A stretch of 64,000 bases of DNA, taken from positions 54,808,001 to 54,872,000 of the forward strand of contig OZ024741.1 of assembly GCA_964016885.1 (NCBI GenBank). Direction: 5' to 3'. The notes beneath the pieces were generated by a model, which was not told where the DNA came from, made no database searches, and saw only the letters and a list, made by a program, of their open reading frames with translations. This DNA comes from Eledone cirrhosa (Eukaryota). Both the position numbers and the translations under genes were made by a program. Below, piece after piece: positions 15,777 through 28,342 of this stretch. Each line of letters opens with the position of its first letter. Within the stretch, counting starts at the first letter, position 1.

Positions 15777-15867
15777 TAGTTACACAACAGCTAGTTCACA
15801 TTACCGAGAACAATTGTTTCACCTTCGCGGATCTTCAGCTCGGGATGTGTATATATATATATGTGTA

Positions 15868-15928
<61 letters not shown>
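15106..15928. repeat. Compound (TA)n/(TG)n microsatellite field with tiny PLE fragments
   Basis: Direct reading; pLTR end at 15275-15303; HHR at 15804-15843. Confidence 0.9.
15804..15843 (-). ncRNA. Type I minimal hammerhead, solo in a ~70-bp insert
   Basis: ccgag CTGAAGA tccgcgaaggt GAAA caattg TT ctcgg; same family at 38517-38556. Confidence 0.8.
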
Positions 15929-15932
<4 letters not shown>

Positions 15933-16665
15933 ATAAACGTGCTGCGGCGTTGCTAATGGGTTACATATGAATAAAGTTAGTCCTTCATCAGTGATCTTCC
16001 AACCATCATTGGTATTTCATCGCTTTAAAGACCTTATACCTCCGGTTGGTGCGAGCAACGGCTAAAAAAAGTCGTTGGGACACGTAAATAAAGGGGACGA
16101 GAGTGTAAACAACAAAAATGGTGAGCAACGAAAAATGAGGAAGAAGTCAAGTCCCAAATTTCTATGAATTTAAATTCGGTGAAATCGTGAACGAGAGAGA
16201 ATAAAGACCATCAAGCCTGGTTGGAATGTAAGCAAGGAAGGAATTCCGTACAGGTCTAACGGGAGGAAGAAGGGATCTAGTCTGTGAATTCGGTGAACGT
16301 GAGTTCTGTGAAATCGTAGACGAGAGAGAGAAAAAGAACAACCTGCTAGACCAAGAGTGCGAAAGAAAAGAATTACGCACAGGTCAAACAGGAAGAAGGA
16401 GGAGGAGGAGGGGTAGTAACAGAGAATGAGTGAGTGAAGGGTGAGAAAGAGGCTAACAGAGAGAATGACTGCTAGAGAGGGTAAAGATACAGAGAAAGAG
16501 GAAGCGGTAAGAACGAAATAGACGTGTAACAGCGGGGGAAAAAATATGTGTAAATGTGAAAATAAACGTGCTGCGGCGTTGCTAATGGGTTACATATGAA
16601 TAAAGTTAGTCCTTCATCAGTGATCTTCCATCCATCATTGGTATTTCATCGCTTTAAAGAACATA
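15928..16665. mobile_element. Family F non-coding element with ~105-bp direct terminal repeats
   Basis: 15929-16031 matches 16558-16660; relative at 39598-40270. Confidence 0.65.
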
Positions 16666-16735
16666 TACCATATATGTGCGTATGTATATATATATTTACA
16701 CACACATACCAACGCTCACACACACACACACGCAC

Positions 16736-16808
<73 letters not shown>

Positions 16809-17414
16809 TGTGAGCGTTGGTATGTGTGTGTAAATATATATGTACATACGCACACACATACAAGCATATGTATATGCAATCATAATCAACATACATACAA
16901 ATGAAAACAGAAACAAGCAAAAATAGAGACACGTGCGCGCACACGCACATATTTACACAAAACAGCAAATTATAAACGCATATATACACAGATTCTTTGA
17001 TAAATATATATATAAATATATATATATAATGAAAGATAAAAGTTACGGACGAAAGAGGGGAGTGTCCGTCATCAGTTGTCTAATGTCTGTGTTTCTGTGT
17101 CTGTGTGTTTGTATACATACATATACATATATTAATATGTATACATATGTATGTGTGTATGTATTTATGTATAATACACCCACACAGATTAATGACAAGA
17201 CCTTCTGATGAGGAAATCATTATACAGCACTATAATTATCTAATTGATTTTCACATCTCCACGCTCTCGTCTCCACCCAACTATCATAGATTATTATCTC
17301 CTGTAGGCAATATTGACAGTATAGTGCGCCAGGTTAATCATGCGCACATACTCAAATATACACAATCATAGACACGCACACACCCACACATGTATATATG
17401 TATATATGTATATA

Positions 17415-17917
17415 TTTTTTATCATCGTAGTGGACTATTGTATGCGCCTTGTTCTGGAGAAACACCAGGACTCTGGCTTTACTGTAGCACCGGCTCAGAG
17501 CAGGAGAGTTAAGGCGAAAAGGGTATCAGATGCTGAATTTGCTGACGACATAGTTTTGGTGACAAATACAGTGAAGGAAGCAGAGGATTTGAAGCGGGAG
17601 GTTGAGACTGTGTCGATGAGTGTGGGGCTGAGAATGAATGAGACTAAAACAAAATATCTGGTAGAGAATGTTGAGAAGCCAGAGGGGATCACTAATGTGG
17701 GTGGGAAGCCGCTAGAATTGGTTGAGGGCTTCCTGTATTTGTGAGCACGGAGGATGATGTGGTTGAGAGGAAGTCAAAGCCTGGGCGGCGTGCCACAGCG
17801 TGAGATCGGTTTGTAGATCGGACCTTCGTAAAGACCTGAAAATCCGCCTTTTCATTGCTGTAGTGGAGTCTGTGCTGCTGTACGGGTCTGAGACTTGGAC
17901 ACTGACCAAGAAACTCA

Positions 17918-17920
<3 letters not shown>
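17415..17920 (+). mobile_element. RTE family 2 internal fragment
   Basis: FIIVVDYCMR..EFADDIVL..FLYL..LLYGSETW; both ends meet TA-rich repeats. Confidence 0.9.
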
Positions 17921-18001
<81 letters not shown>

Positions 18002-18049
18002 TATATACCTACATATATGTATATTTATATCATATATATATTTAATATA

Positions 18050-18114
<65 letters not shown>

Positions 18115-18115
<1 letters not shown>

Positions 18116-18775
18116 TAGCAGTGGTACCCGGCGTTGCACGAGATAAGGTATTTTGGAACGCGGGCCGCCAACAGACCTAATCGTGGAAAAACTACATGCC
18201 TGAACAATATGTAAAGAAAATAAACCGAATACTCTGATGGCTGGATAATCTTTAAGATTTTTCCTTGATGAAGCAGGAAAATGCAGGTTTTCACGTAAGG
18301 TGGGCCCTAGGGGATCAAGAAAATGAATTTTATTTATGTGCATAATATGCCTTGAAATTTCGGGAAAATCGGCTAGACGTAACGCCTCAAAAAAGCCCTA
18401 AAATGCTAAAAAAAATGAAGTTTTTCACCTACTGCGGGCCCTAGGCCATAAAAAACTTGGATTTTCTTTGCTGGTGGTATGAAGAAGCGACTTCCTAATA
18501 CATAGTTACGATTTCAAGGAAATCGGTCTGACGTAATGCCTCAAAAAAAACCCTAAAAAATTGAAAAAATGCAGTTTTTCAACTAATGCAGGCCTTAGGG
18601 GATCAAAAAGTTGAATGTTTTTATGTGCATAACACTCACTGAAACATAAGGAATACACACGTAAAGATGTAAAGTTTGAAAAAAAATCGGTTGGGTACTT
18701 CTCGAATTTTAGGGATTCAAACACATACACACACACAGACACACACACACACATCCTCAGTTTTATATAGAGAGA
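18115..18775 (-). mobile_element. Non-autonomous Helitron (Lep1-like)
   Basis: Minus strand starts A|TCtctctatataaaa with a (TG)n/tctg tract and ends in hairpin ctcgtgcaacgccggg then CTAG|T; internal duplicated segment. Confidence 0.75.
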
Positions 18776-18907
18776 TATAGATATATATATATGTATGTGT
18801 GTGTGTACATACATATATGCATGCATACATACACATACATACATACATACATACATACATACATACATACATACATACATACATACATACATACATACAT
18901 ACATACA

Positions 18908-19203
18908 TGGTGGCTGCCAACTCGTTTTCGAGTACGGCCGCTACTTTATATCCATGTAGGAGAACCCCTACCGATGCGCTGAACGAGTGTGACTTTTTAG
19001 TCCAGCCAGTGACTTGAAAACTCTGGTACCAACACTACACTTGTGACAATTATTGACACATAGTGCTGGACCCATGGTACCATGTGACGACAAGTGCAGA
19101 GAGATCTCCAGATATAAAGCAATGCCTGTGCCGTGAAGCTTTTATAGTGAGCAAAGGCACTGCACAAAGCCAGTCCCAAGATGATATTTACCAAAAAGAA
19201 GAA
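18908..19203 (+). mobile_element. ~295-bp non-coding insert flanked by (TACA)n; possible R4-dependent non-autonomous element or 5' UTR
   Basis: (TACA)n at ~18823-18907 and 19204-19255; purine-rich end like that at ~24975-24990; 5' hairpin. Confidence 0.4.
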
Positions 19204-19225
19204 CATACATACATACATACATACA

Positions 19226-19255
<30 letters not shown>

Positions 19256-19257
<2 letters not shown>

Positions 19258-22200
19258 ATAACAGTCAACGCGATCAGTCGCATATTTTGGCGTGGGAGAC
19301 TATTTATTAAATTTAAGATGAATACTATCTCCGACAGTAATGCCACAACTACAGCCAGGTTGAATAACTGGTTATTCTTCTAACTATCCCTTCTGAAGAC
19401 ACCTTTTATTCGAATTAGTAGAGATATCCGACTAAATACATAATTCATTTTACAAGGATTTGCTACAAACAGCATGGCTGAACACAACATCAACAACAAA
19501 ATTAAGGAAGTATCGAAGACAAATAACAAAGAAGGTAATCAAACTTTATTCAGTTGTAGCTACAGAAGAAACCGAAATTATAAATCGCATTTCTCTTGGA
19601 GTTGCGAACTTAATAATGATTTATTTAATTGTTATAAAATGGCAAAAAAACAATCCCTCCATTGGCTATATGAATAGAATGAAGCTACACTGGGACGAAA
19701 TGCACCTAGAGCTAAATTATTTCACAGCGAAACAATTACGCCAACCAGCGACGTTTGTTGAACGTAAAAATAAGATAAATATTATTAATTGTAAGTCCCC
19801 CACAACAAACATGGAATCAACACGTGCTACAGGTCGCCATGCTACTAGACTTCCTAGCAGCAAGGTCGAACAGCGCCTTAAAACAACTATGCCTGTAAGA
19901 AACTTGACACCACCTGTACCATCTAAGTCTACCTCGAATGCTGGGGAAAACACTATCTATAATAATAATAATCGAAGAAATAATAATAATAATCGAATAA
20001 ATGTGACACCACGTATACGATCCGAGTGTACCTCGACTGTTGTGGAAAATACTATCGATAATGATAATCAAAAGTATAAACAATTGAAAATTTCCCTCAA
20101 CGAAATCTTCCAGAGAGAAATTAACTCATGTATAAATATCTCTCTTGCTGAAAGTGTTAAAATGACAATGGTGAATAAAAAACCAAATGATGAAATACTA
20201 CGTGTTATTGACGAAATAGGGGATGAATATTTACGACGAATAAAAACCCCAACATTTTGGCAAATCAACGCCTGTTTATATGCCTTAGCAATGACAGTGA
20301 AGCATTATCTTGGTGATAGCAGAGATATTAACAAGAACAAAACACCACCAAAAATACCATCATATATAACTAAAATAGAAAAAAAGAGTGCTGACCTACG
20401 AAAAAACATAGGACATGTGACAATGCTCCTTACATGCAAACAAACACAAAAAAACTCACTCCTCACCAACAAAGAGTGAAAAATAAAATAGAGACGATGT
20501 TTGGTAACAGTAGAACCAGAACTCTCCAATATAAGCTGATCACCTCAAACAAGAATTGAGAGCTGTTAGCGAAAAACGCCGATACCTGAAGAAGGTAGAT
20601 GAGAGAAAAATGCTTAATAAAAGATTCAGACGAAACCAAACATCAGTCTATAGAGATATGAAGGGCAAAATAATAAGTGTCACTGAGGCCCCATCCCAGA
20701 AAGACATAGATTCCTTTTGGAGAAAAATATGGGGTGAAAAGAAGAATTTCAACCAAGATGCAGTGTGGCTAAGAGAAATCCGAAAGAACTATTGCTCCTA
20801 CACTACAACAAAATCATACGAAATAAGTGAGGGTACCCTTGAGACTGTGATAGGAAAACTCCAAGATAAGAAAACACCAGGAAGAGACATGATTGTCGGC
20901 TACTGGTACAAAAAACTAATATTCTATCAGAGGTATCTTACTGACCTCTACCAACAAGTTCTTAAGGGAGATACACTTATACCAGAATGGTTGACATTAG
21001 CACAAACGTTACTGGTCCCCCAAAACAAAGACACCCACTTGGCAAAAAACTACCGACCCAGTGCATGCCAAAACCTGATGTATAAGATGTATACAGCCTG
21101 CCTGAACCTATTCCTCCAAGATCACTGTGAAAATAATAACATCATCACAAATGAACAAGCAGCTGGAAAGAAAGGGGTTTGGGGATGTGCTGAACAACTC
21201 CTAATCAACAAAACGGCGATGTCGGAGGTGCGACAACTTAGGAGGAATATGACTACAGTCTGGCTGGACTACAGGAAAGCTTTCGATTCTGTTCCCCACT
21301 CTTGGATGATAGAGGCCCTCCAACTTGTTAAAGTTCCAGACATTATTGTCAGAGCCATAGAGAGGCTGTCTTCTTCTTGGGCTACTATCTTAAGGTTAAA
21401 GACAGAGAGGGAGGACTCTATTTTCACTGCTAAAATAAAATATTGCAGCGGTATATTTCAGAGGGACAGTCTCTCTGTGATATTGTTCATCTTGACATTA
21501 AACCCCGTGTCCTTTCTGCTCAAGAAATGTGAAGGATACATCATTGGCTCACAGGAGGACAGAAATACGAACCTAACGCATAATTTCTTTGTGGACGATC
21601 TGAAACTCTGCCAAGAACATGGATGGGATTAAGAAAAATTTCGACCTGGTTACAACGTTCTCAAAGGATATAGGAATGTAGTTTGGCCAATATAAATGCT
21701 CATACATGACTCTAAAGCGGGGAAAAACAACAACCCATCTAGCAACATTGTCATCAATGGTCTAACTGTTTCACCGATATCTGATGAGAACTGCTACAGA
21801 TACCTGGGGATAGATGAGAACATATCCTATAATGGTATCTGTAATAAAGAACGCGTAACCAGGGAATACTACACCCGATTATGAAAGATATGGTCATCGG
21901 AACTCTCTGCGCAAAACAAAACAGTGGCTCACAGTGTGTTTGCTGTGCCTGTCCTAACACCAACGTTTGGAATACTCAATTGGACGATAGACGAAATCCG
22001 AGCAGTTGATGTTGGAACTCGAAAAATACTGAACAACACCGGAAACTTCCACATCAACAGTGATATAGACCGCCTTTACTTGAAACGTAAGCAGGGAGGC
22101 AGAGGCCTAACATCAGTCCAGACAACATTTGAATGTCGCATCATATCTCTCCGACAACATCTACGAACCTCGAAGCGTAGGAGCCCGCTTCTCGAGCAAG

Positions 22201-23060
22201 TCTCGAGCATGAAACAGATAAGATCATGAGAGTTGGGAAGGAACTCCTTGAGAGATATTCCCTGTGTGATAATAAAAAACCCACACCCAGGGATGTCGCT
22301 CAGCTGTATCGCAGTGAATCCATGGATGAAAAACTGCATGCCTATCAGCAAAAAAATCATTTATGGATATGTTGCCAGGAAGCTCCAGAGTGAGAGTAAT
22401 ATAGATAAGGAAAATAGTCTATTTTGGACCAACAAACGCCATATTGGCTCCCACTTTGAAGGATACGCTTTTGCAATCCAGGAACAGGAGATTAGCACGA
22501 AATACCTGATTCACAAAAGAGATAGGGATGCAGGCAAAACACCTAGATGTGATAACAAGTGCAGACTCTGTAGAACTAACATCGAGGATATCACCCATAT
22601 CATCAGCAGCTGTCCAAAGATGTCATCGCGGTACTATCTACTTATGAGGCATGATGTAGTGGCCAAAACACTGTACAATGCAGTTCGTAAAAAAGATAGC
22701 CCCGATAATAAACACATTAAAAGCTACAACAATGTTGAAGACATCCATGTACATAATATGAAAGAGTACTGGTGGAATGTTCCAGTAAAAACCCCAATAA
22801 AATGCAGATATAACAGACCAGATATTATGATATGGGACAGGGAGAAGAAAACATGCACAGTAGTGGAAATTAGCTGCGCAACAGATGCCAATATAATATC
22901 AAAGATTAGTGAAAAAGAGAATATCTATGCAGAACTGATGAGAAATCTGCAGATACTCCACCCTGATTACACCTTCAGATTTATGCCTGTGATTATTGGG
23001 GCACTGGGATATGTTAGTAACTGCCTCAATACAAATCTTGAGAAGCTAGGCTTTACAGTT
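19256..23060 (+). mobile_element. R4/Dong-clade non-LTR retrotransposon (RT + CCHC + restriction-like endonuclease), frameshifted
   Basis: EQAAGKKGVWGCAEQLLIN, WLDYRKAFDSVPHSW, GIFQRDSLS, FFVDDLK, CRLC..HIISSC, RHD, NRPDIMIWD..VEISC. Confidence 0.92.
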
Positions 23061-24990
23061 AGCCAAAGTCCCACAACCACTGATAGCTGCTGTTTAACGT
23101 CTGACCAAGAACTGGTACACCAATTTGATCCTTAGATGGGAGAAGGAGCAAGTTAAGACTGATAAGATACATTACCAGAAGGGCATCTTTCAGGGTGATA
23201 GCTTGTCAGTACTACTCATCGTTCACTAAATCCACTATCTTACCTACTCAGGAAACAAGGTGGACAAAGAAGTGGGTCCAGAAGTGTCTCCCATCTTTTC
23301 TTTGTTGATGACCTGAAGTTGTATTGGCCAAATATCAATGACATCAAAAACAATTGGACCTCATTACACAATTTTCAACAGACATCAAAATGAAATTTAG
23401 TGAGTCCAAGTGTGCATATTTGGCAGTAAAACGTGGAAGAGCTGTGCCCTCCTCTGGAAATCTAGAGATGAACGGCCTGACAATACAAACTCTACAGTCA
23501 GGTGACAACTACAGATATCTTTGACAGGATGAGAATGTCAGATATGATGGACCCATAAATAAGAAGAGAACCAGAACTGAATACCTCAGAAGAGTAAAGA
23601 AAATATGGTCATCAGAACTGTCAGCGTACAACAAGTACATTGCCCACAATACTTATGCGGTGTCAATTCTAACGCCAACATTTGGCCTGCTGAACTGGTC
23701 ATTGCAAGAACTGAGATGAATGTTAGAACTCGCAAACTTCTCAGTGTTACTGGGAACTTTAACATCAATGGTAATGTGGATAGGCTATACTTCTCACGCA
23801 AGGAAGTTGGCCGTGGTCTAAAATCCATATTAACATCATATGAGACCCGGATAGTAACACTGGAGCAACATCTTCAATAGACAAAAAAAGTTGGCAACAA
23901 TCTTGCCTAAGTTTATGATCATGAAGAAAAAAATATCATTAGGAGAGCTACTGATCTGGAGGAGAGATATGGAATAAAGCCTGATATAAATCTCTCACCC
24001 AGAGAAATTGGAAGATCCTATTTAATGTTCAAACAAGATGAAAATATTGACCAATTTACAGAAAAAGTTGTGCATGGAAAATTGAGACGTAAAACACAGA
24101 CCATAGAGGGGATAAACCACTCAAAAAGCCTGGCATGGAGTTCCGACAAGTTTATGACATCACACCTTGAGGGATATCTCTATGCAATACAGGAACAAGA
24201 ACTCCCTACCAAATATATGCTGCAAAAAAGAGGAGGGCCATCAGCTGACAATAAATGTAGGCTATGTAAAACAAAGATCGAAGTTGTAAGCCACATTGTT
24301 GCCAGCTGCGAAAGAATGTCATGTCGCTACTACCTCCCCATGAGACACGATGGGATAGCTAGAACCATCTGGAACGCACTTCGGAAAACAAAATTAAATA
24401 CGAACGAGGAAGAATATATTGAGACAGATGGCACTAAGGAATACTGCCACCAAATTAAAGCACGGCCGGCCTAATATTGTTGTTTGGGACCACACATTTA
24501 AAATGTGTTCTGCTGTGGAGATCAGCTGCCCACTTGATATCAACGTTGTCAGAAAAATACAGAAGGAGGACATCTACGGACCATTGATGAGGAGTTTACA
24601 AATCCAGTATCCAAGATACAACTTTAGCTTCATACCCATCATTATTGGAGCTACGGGTTGACTTTGCCTTTCATCCTTACGGGGTCGATAAAATAAAGTA
24701 CCAGTAATGCACTGGGTAATTGCTGGCCTTGTGCCTAAAGTAGAAACAATTATTGGAGCTACGAGTTATATACCAACCCGCTTGGACCAATGTATAACTG
24801 GACTTGGATTTGCGGACAAAGAGCGCAGCTCCCTAATTCATAGTCTACAAATGGCTACGATATCTGGCACCTTCAAAATTTGCAAAACATTCTTGCGATT
24901 CAAGGGATGGCAATTTCTTTTCTTTTACAACCTTGCCACCAGGAAGGTGGCCGGTCAAAAATATACTCGAAATTAAGAGAAAGAGATAAC
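23061..24990 (+). mobile_element. Second, divergent 5'-truncated R4/Dong-like copy ending in (CATA)n
   Basis: GIFQGDSLS, FFVDDLK, CRLCKTKIEVVSHIVASC..RHD, RPNIVVWD..EISCP; 3' end gagataacatacatacaa. Confidence 0.88.
24656..24748 (+). mobile_element. 5'-truncated SINE inserted in the R4 element, 15-bp TSD
   Basis: Core actttgcctttcatccttacggggtcgataaaataaagtaccag; TSD attattggagctacg at 24641-24655 and 24749-24763. Confidence 0.9.
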
Positions 24991-25454
24991 ATACATACAA
25001 CAGAAAACTTTCTATCTATCAAAAATACATAAATATATAATCATTTGCAGACAGTGGCATACAATAAGGAAACATTGGAAAATAAGCAATAATATATAGG
25101 ACAAAATGTACTCAACAGAGTAGGATAAAGAACTATATTCTTCTTCTCTTAAATGTGAGAAAAACTACATAGGGAACTCGAGGTATTCCATACACAACTC
25201 TCGATTACACTAACACACTAACGGCAATGCATTTTAACAGTTCTTGTCGCCAGCCTCCAGCAGTACGTTTACATTATTATACGTATACAGTACGTTTACA
25301 TTATTATTATTATACGTATACAGTACGGAGTCACATTATTACTCATCTTTTACAAAATTCTCACTGAAAAACAACATCCATCTTCCGGTGACTTATATTC
25401 TCAGTTTGGTATCTATTCTGATCAGACAACGCTTTATTCTTGTCTTAATTTTAA

Positions 25455-25772
25455 GCCAGATGTATTGTGAGATCCAGGCGTTTCCGGAACAACACAGCAA
25501 CTACGCCTCCAGATCCCAGAATGATTGGAGATACATACACTTCGAAGCCGCAGAAAATGGGTTTGATGTTTGGTGCATCGAAAACTCTGGTCTTGCCGAA
25601 GGACACGACATTAATGCCTCTCCAGGTGCGGAAGCGCAGGCCCACTGACCTTTCCTGGTTAATTTTTGCTCCCATTATCGCTTCGTATTCTTCGAGAGTG
25701 GTGCCGAGCAACTCAATATGTTTACTGCTCCACATTGCTACGGTGACGTCGTCGGCATATGCTGACACGAAT
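25455..25772 (-). pseudogene. Rearranged Tx1/L1 fragment (RT piece followed by APE N-terminal piece)
   Basis: SAYADDVTV..GAKINQERSVGL then GFEVYVS..GGVVAVLFRK; both homologous to the ORF2 at 46497-49935. Confidence 0.7.
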
Positions 25773-25840
25773 CTTCCACATTCTAATATCTATAATAATA
25801 GAAATTATTATTATTATTATTGTTATAGATATTATAGATA

Positions 25841-26040
25841 GGGTGGTGAATTGGCAGTATCGGTAGAGGGTCGGACGCCATGTTTGCAGTATAGAGTTAC
25901 GTCCCTTTACGGTATGAGTTCAAATCCCGTCGAGGTTAACTTTGCCTTTCATCCTTACGGGGTCGATAAAATAAAGTACCAGTGGTGCACTGGCTAATTG
26001 TTGGCCTTGTGCCAAAAGTAGAAACAATTATTATTATCAT
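25841..26040 (+). mobile_element. tRNA-derived SINE (octopod-type, Nin/Deu-like core), (ATT)n tail
   Basis: A box tggcagtatcgg, B box gagttcaaatccc, conserved core as at 24656. Confidence 0.85.
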
Positions 26041-26341
26041 TATTATCATTTATACACAGGAGGTTACAACGACAAAGTCCTAATTATTTTGTCGCATGAA
26101 TAAATATGCTATTAACATGTTATAAATATTTTATTTAATAAGTAACAAAGATTATACTTTCAGATGCAGAACTGTTTGATAATAAATGCATGGTGGGTTC
26201 TATAATTATATATGATAACGTAGATTGGCACAGAGCCTTACTAATGTATTTCATCTATTCATGCACACTGGTTCGTATTTACTCTGTATTCAAGCACATT
26301 AACCAGTAATGACGGTATATATGTATATAGTTAAAGAGTTC

Positions 26342-26388
26342 GATAGATAGATAAAAACAGATAGATAGGTAGACAGGTAGATAAATAA

Positions 26389-26419
<31 letters not shown>

Positions 26420-26492
26420 TATAGATAGATAGATAGATAGATATGTTTCTTTATTAGCCACAGGTAGATAGATAGATAGATAGATAGATAGA
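26342..26492. repeat. (GATA)n microsatellite containing a ~24-bp Tx1 3' tip
   Basis: atatgtttctttattagccacagg (26441-26464) resembles the Tx1 end at ~46230-46255. Confidence 0.7.
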
Positions 26493-27014
26493 TGGGTTGA
26501 GTGATTCATTGGTTGATTGATAAACACACACATACACACACCGGCATATATGGATGTATATGTGTGTGTGTGTGGGTGTGTGTGTTTGCATCCAACACTA
26601 CACCATAAAAAACACTATATCTATAAACAATTGATTTTAGGCACGCAATCGTTGTGAACAAAACAAAAAGCAGGATAAGCAAGGCTGTTTTTGATTCTAT
26701 ATTTGGACTTCATCAGTGACCGTATACACTATAACTGTTTACAAAGAAACTGCTTATATATTCCTCTGTAAATAAATCAGGCCATCCTTTCCTACAACCA
26801 TACATATGTACACAACAACTTTAATATATGGCTCTCGATGTGAAGTACATATAATCTTAATCAAAGTTATATTCAACAATCTGTTTTTTTCCATGAACAG
26901 CTTGAAAATTGTAATGAAATATTTCGCAGTTTCGGAAAGCTTAAACGCAAGTATCGAGTAAGAAATCAGTTTTAATTGGTGGTTTTGTTATTATATAATA
27001 CACACACATACACA

Positions 27015-27112
<98 letters not shown>

Positions 27113-28221
27113 GGGCTATAACACCCCACTTGCCGATTTTGCAATGGGTAACCCCTGCTTGCCAAGGGAGACGTAAGATCTTCTTTTTATTCTTTTATCG
27201 CTTCCTTTATTTCCTTCTTCCCCCCATCCCTCCTTAGTCCTTCTACCCCAGTTCTTCTTCTTTGTCGGCGTCTTTTCTCGCCCACCCGAGGCTGCCCTTT
27301 GGTCCCTTGTAGCCTCAGTACTCCCACCCCCTCCCCTAGTCTATGATAGATTTGGCGGACTCCGCTTTTTATAGCAGTTGTGTTAGACCTCGGATACTTG
27401 CCCCCTTTTTCCGACCGCTCCCACTATTTTCCGTGCCTTCTATATTTCTTAGTGGCACTTATGCCTTATTTTCTCGTTTCAGTATTTCTTTCTTTTCTTT
27501 TCTTTTGGGCGGGGTGGATTCTGAATTTATTTTTCCGTTACTTCGTACGAACTTTCATGTAGCTTGTATAAGATCTTTTAGAGTTAGCATTAGTATATAT
27601 ATTTTTCGGGACTCAGAATTATTATCTCGTACTAGTTTACTTTGCTGCACTGGGTGGTTGCTGGCATTGTGCCCGGGATAGAAACCTTTATTATTTATTT
27701 CGTGGTAGTTTCTTTAGCTTTTTGGCCCCATTTGTTGACCCGTCACCGTATGATTTACATACTTATACCTCTTAAAAGGGTCCTTGCCTATTCCGTCCCA
27801 CCTAGTTTATTTACTTATTTCGTTATTTCTTTATTTATTTCTTTATTTCTTTCTTTCTTTATTTATTTATTTATTTATTTATCTAGCCTAACAATAGCTA
27901 GAGACTTAGGTCGTAGAACTTGCTTTACTTTTTTTCTTTACACTTATTCGCCTTTCATCACTCTCAGTATTTTTTCTTTCATATATATATTTTTACACCT
28001 CATTGTTCTACCTACCGTTCCGACTTCCTCCCCCTTCCCCTCCCCAGTATCTTCTTTGACCTCATGCCCAGCTGTAGCTGGCACTACCAACGCATGATTG
28101 GGTCTACTCCACCCCTCCCCTTTTTCTCCTACTGGCAGGTTTAGCCACCATCTCCCCTACTAGTTTGCAATCACAGAATTACTACTGACTTTTGACAATC
28201 ACTTTGACCATATACGGAATT

Positions 28222-28315
28222 ACCCCTTGAGAAGTTCGGCTATTTAAATACCAGCATAAATTTTCATTTAGTCCAGAATTAGCCGTCGAAACGGCTTGAG
28301 CTCAGCTGTCGGGGT
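28222..28315 (+). ncRNA. Type I hammerhead with covariant U3:A8 core (second family)
   Basis: acccc TTGAGAA gttcggcta..tagccgtc GAAA cggc ttgagctca gctg TC ggggt; partial relative at 59705-59755(-). Confidence 0.75.
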
Positions 28316-28342
28316 CTTACTGGTTCCTATATATATATATAT

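Noticed and set aside
17035-17215. CTGATGA motifs at ~17070(-) and ~17205(+); also ~26710(-) and CTGAAGA in the 37690-38145 arms
   Set aside because: GAAA segment or stem I missing; at best decayed relics, not counted.
25841-25930. tRNA gene
   Set aside because: A and B boxes belong to a SINE head; no cloverleaf, and it is followed by the SINE core and tail.
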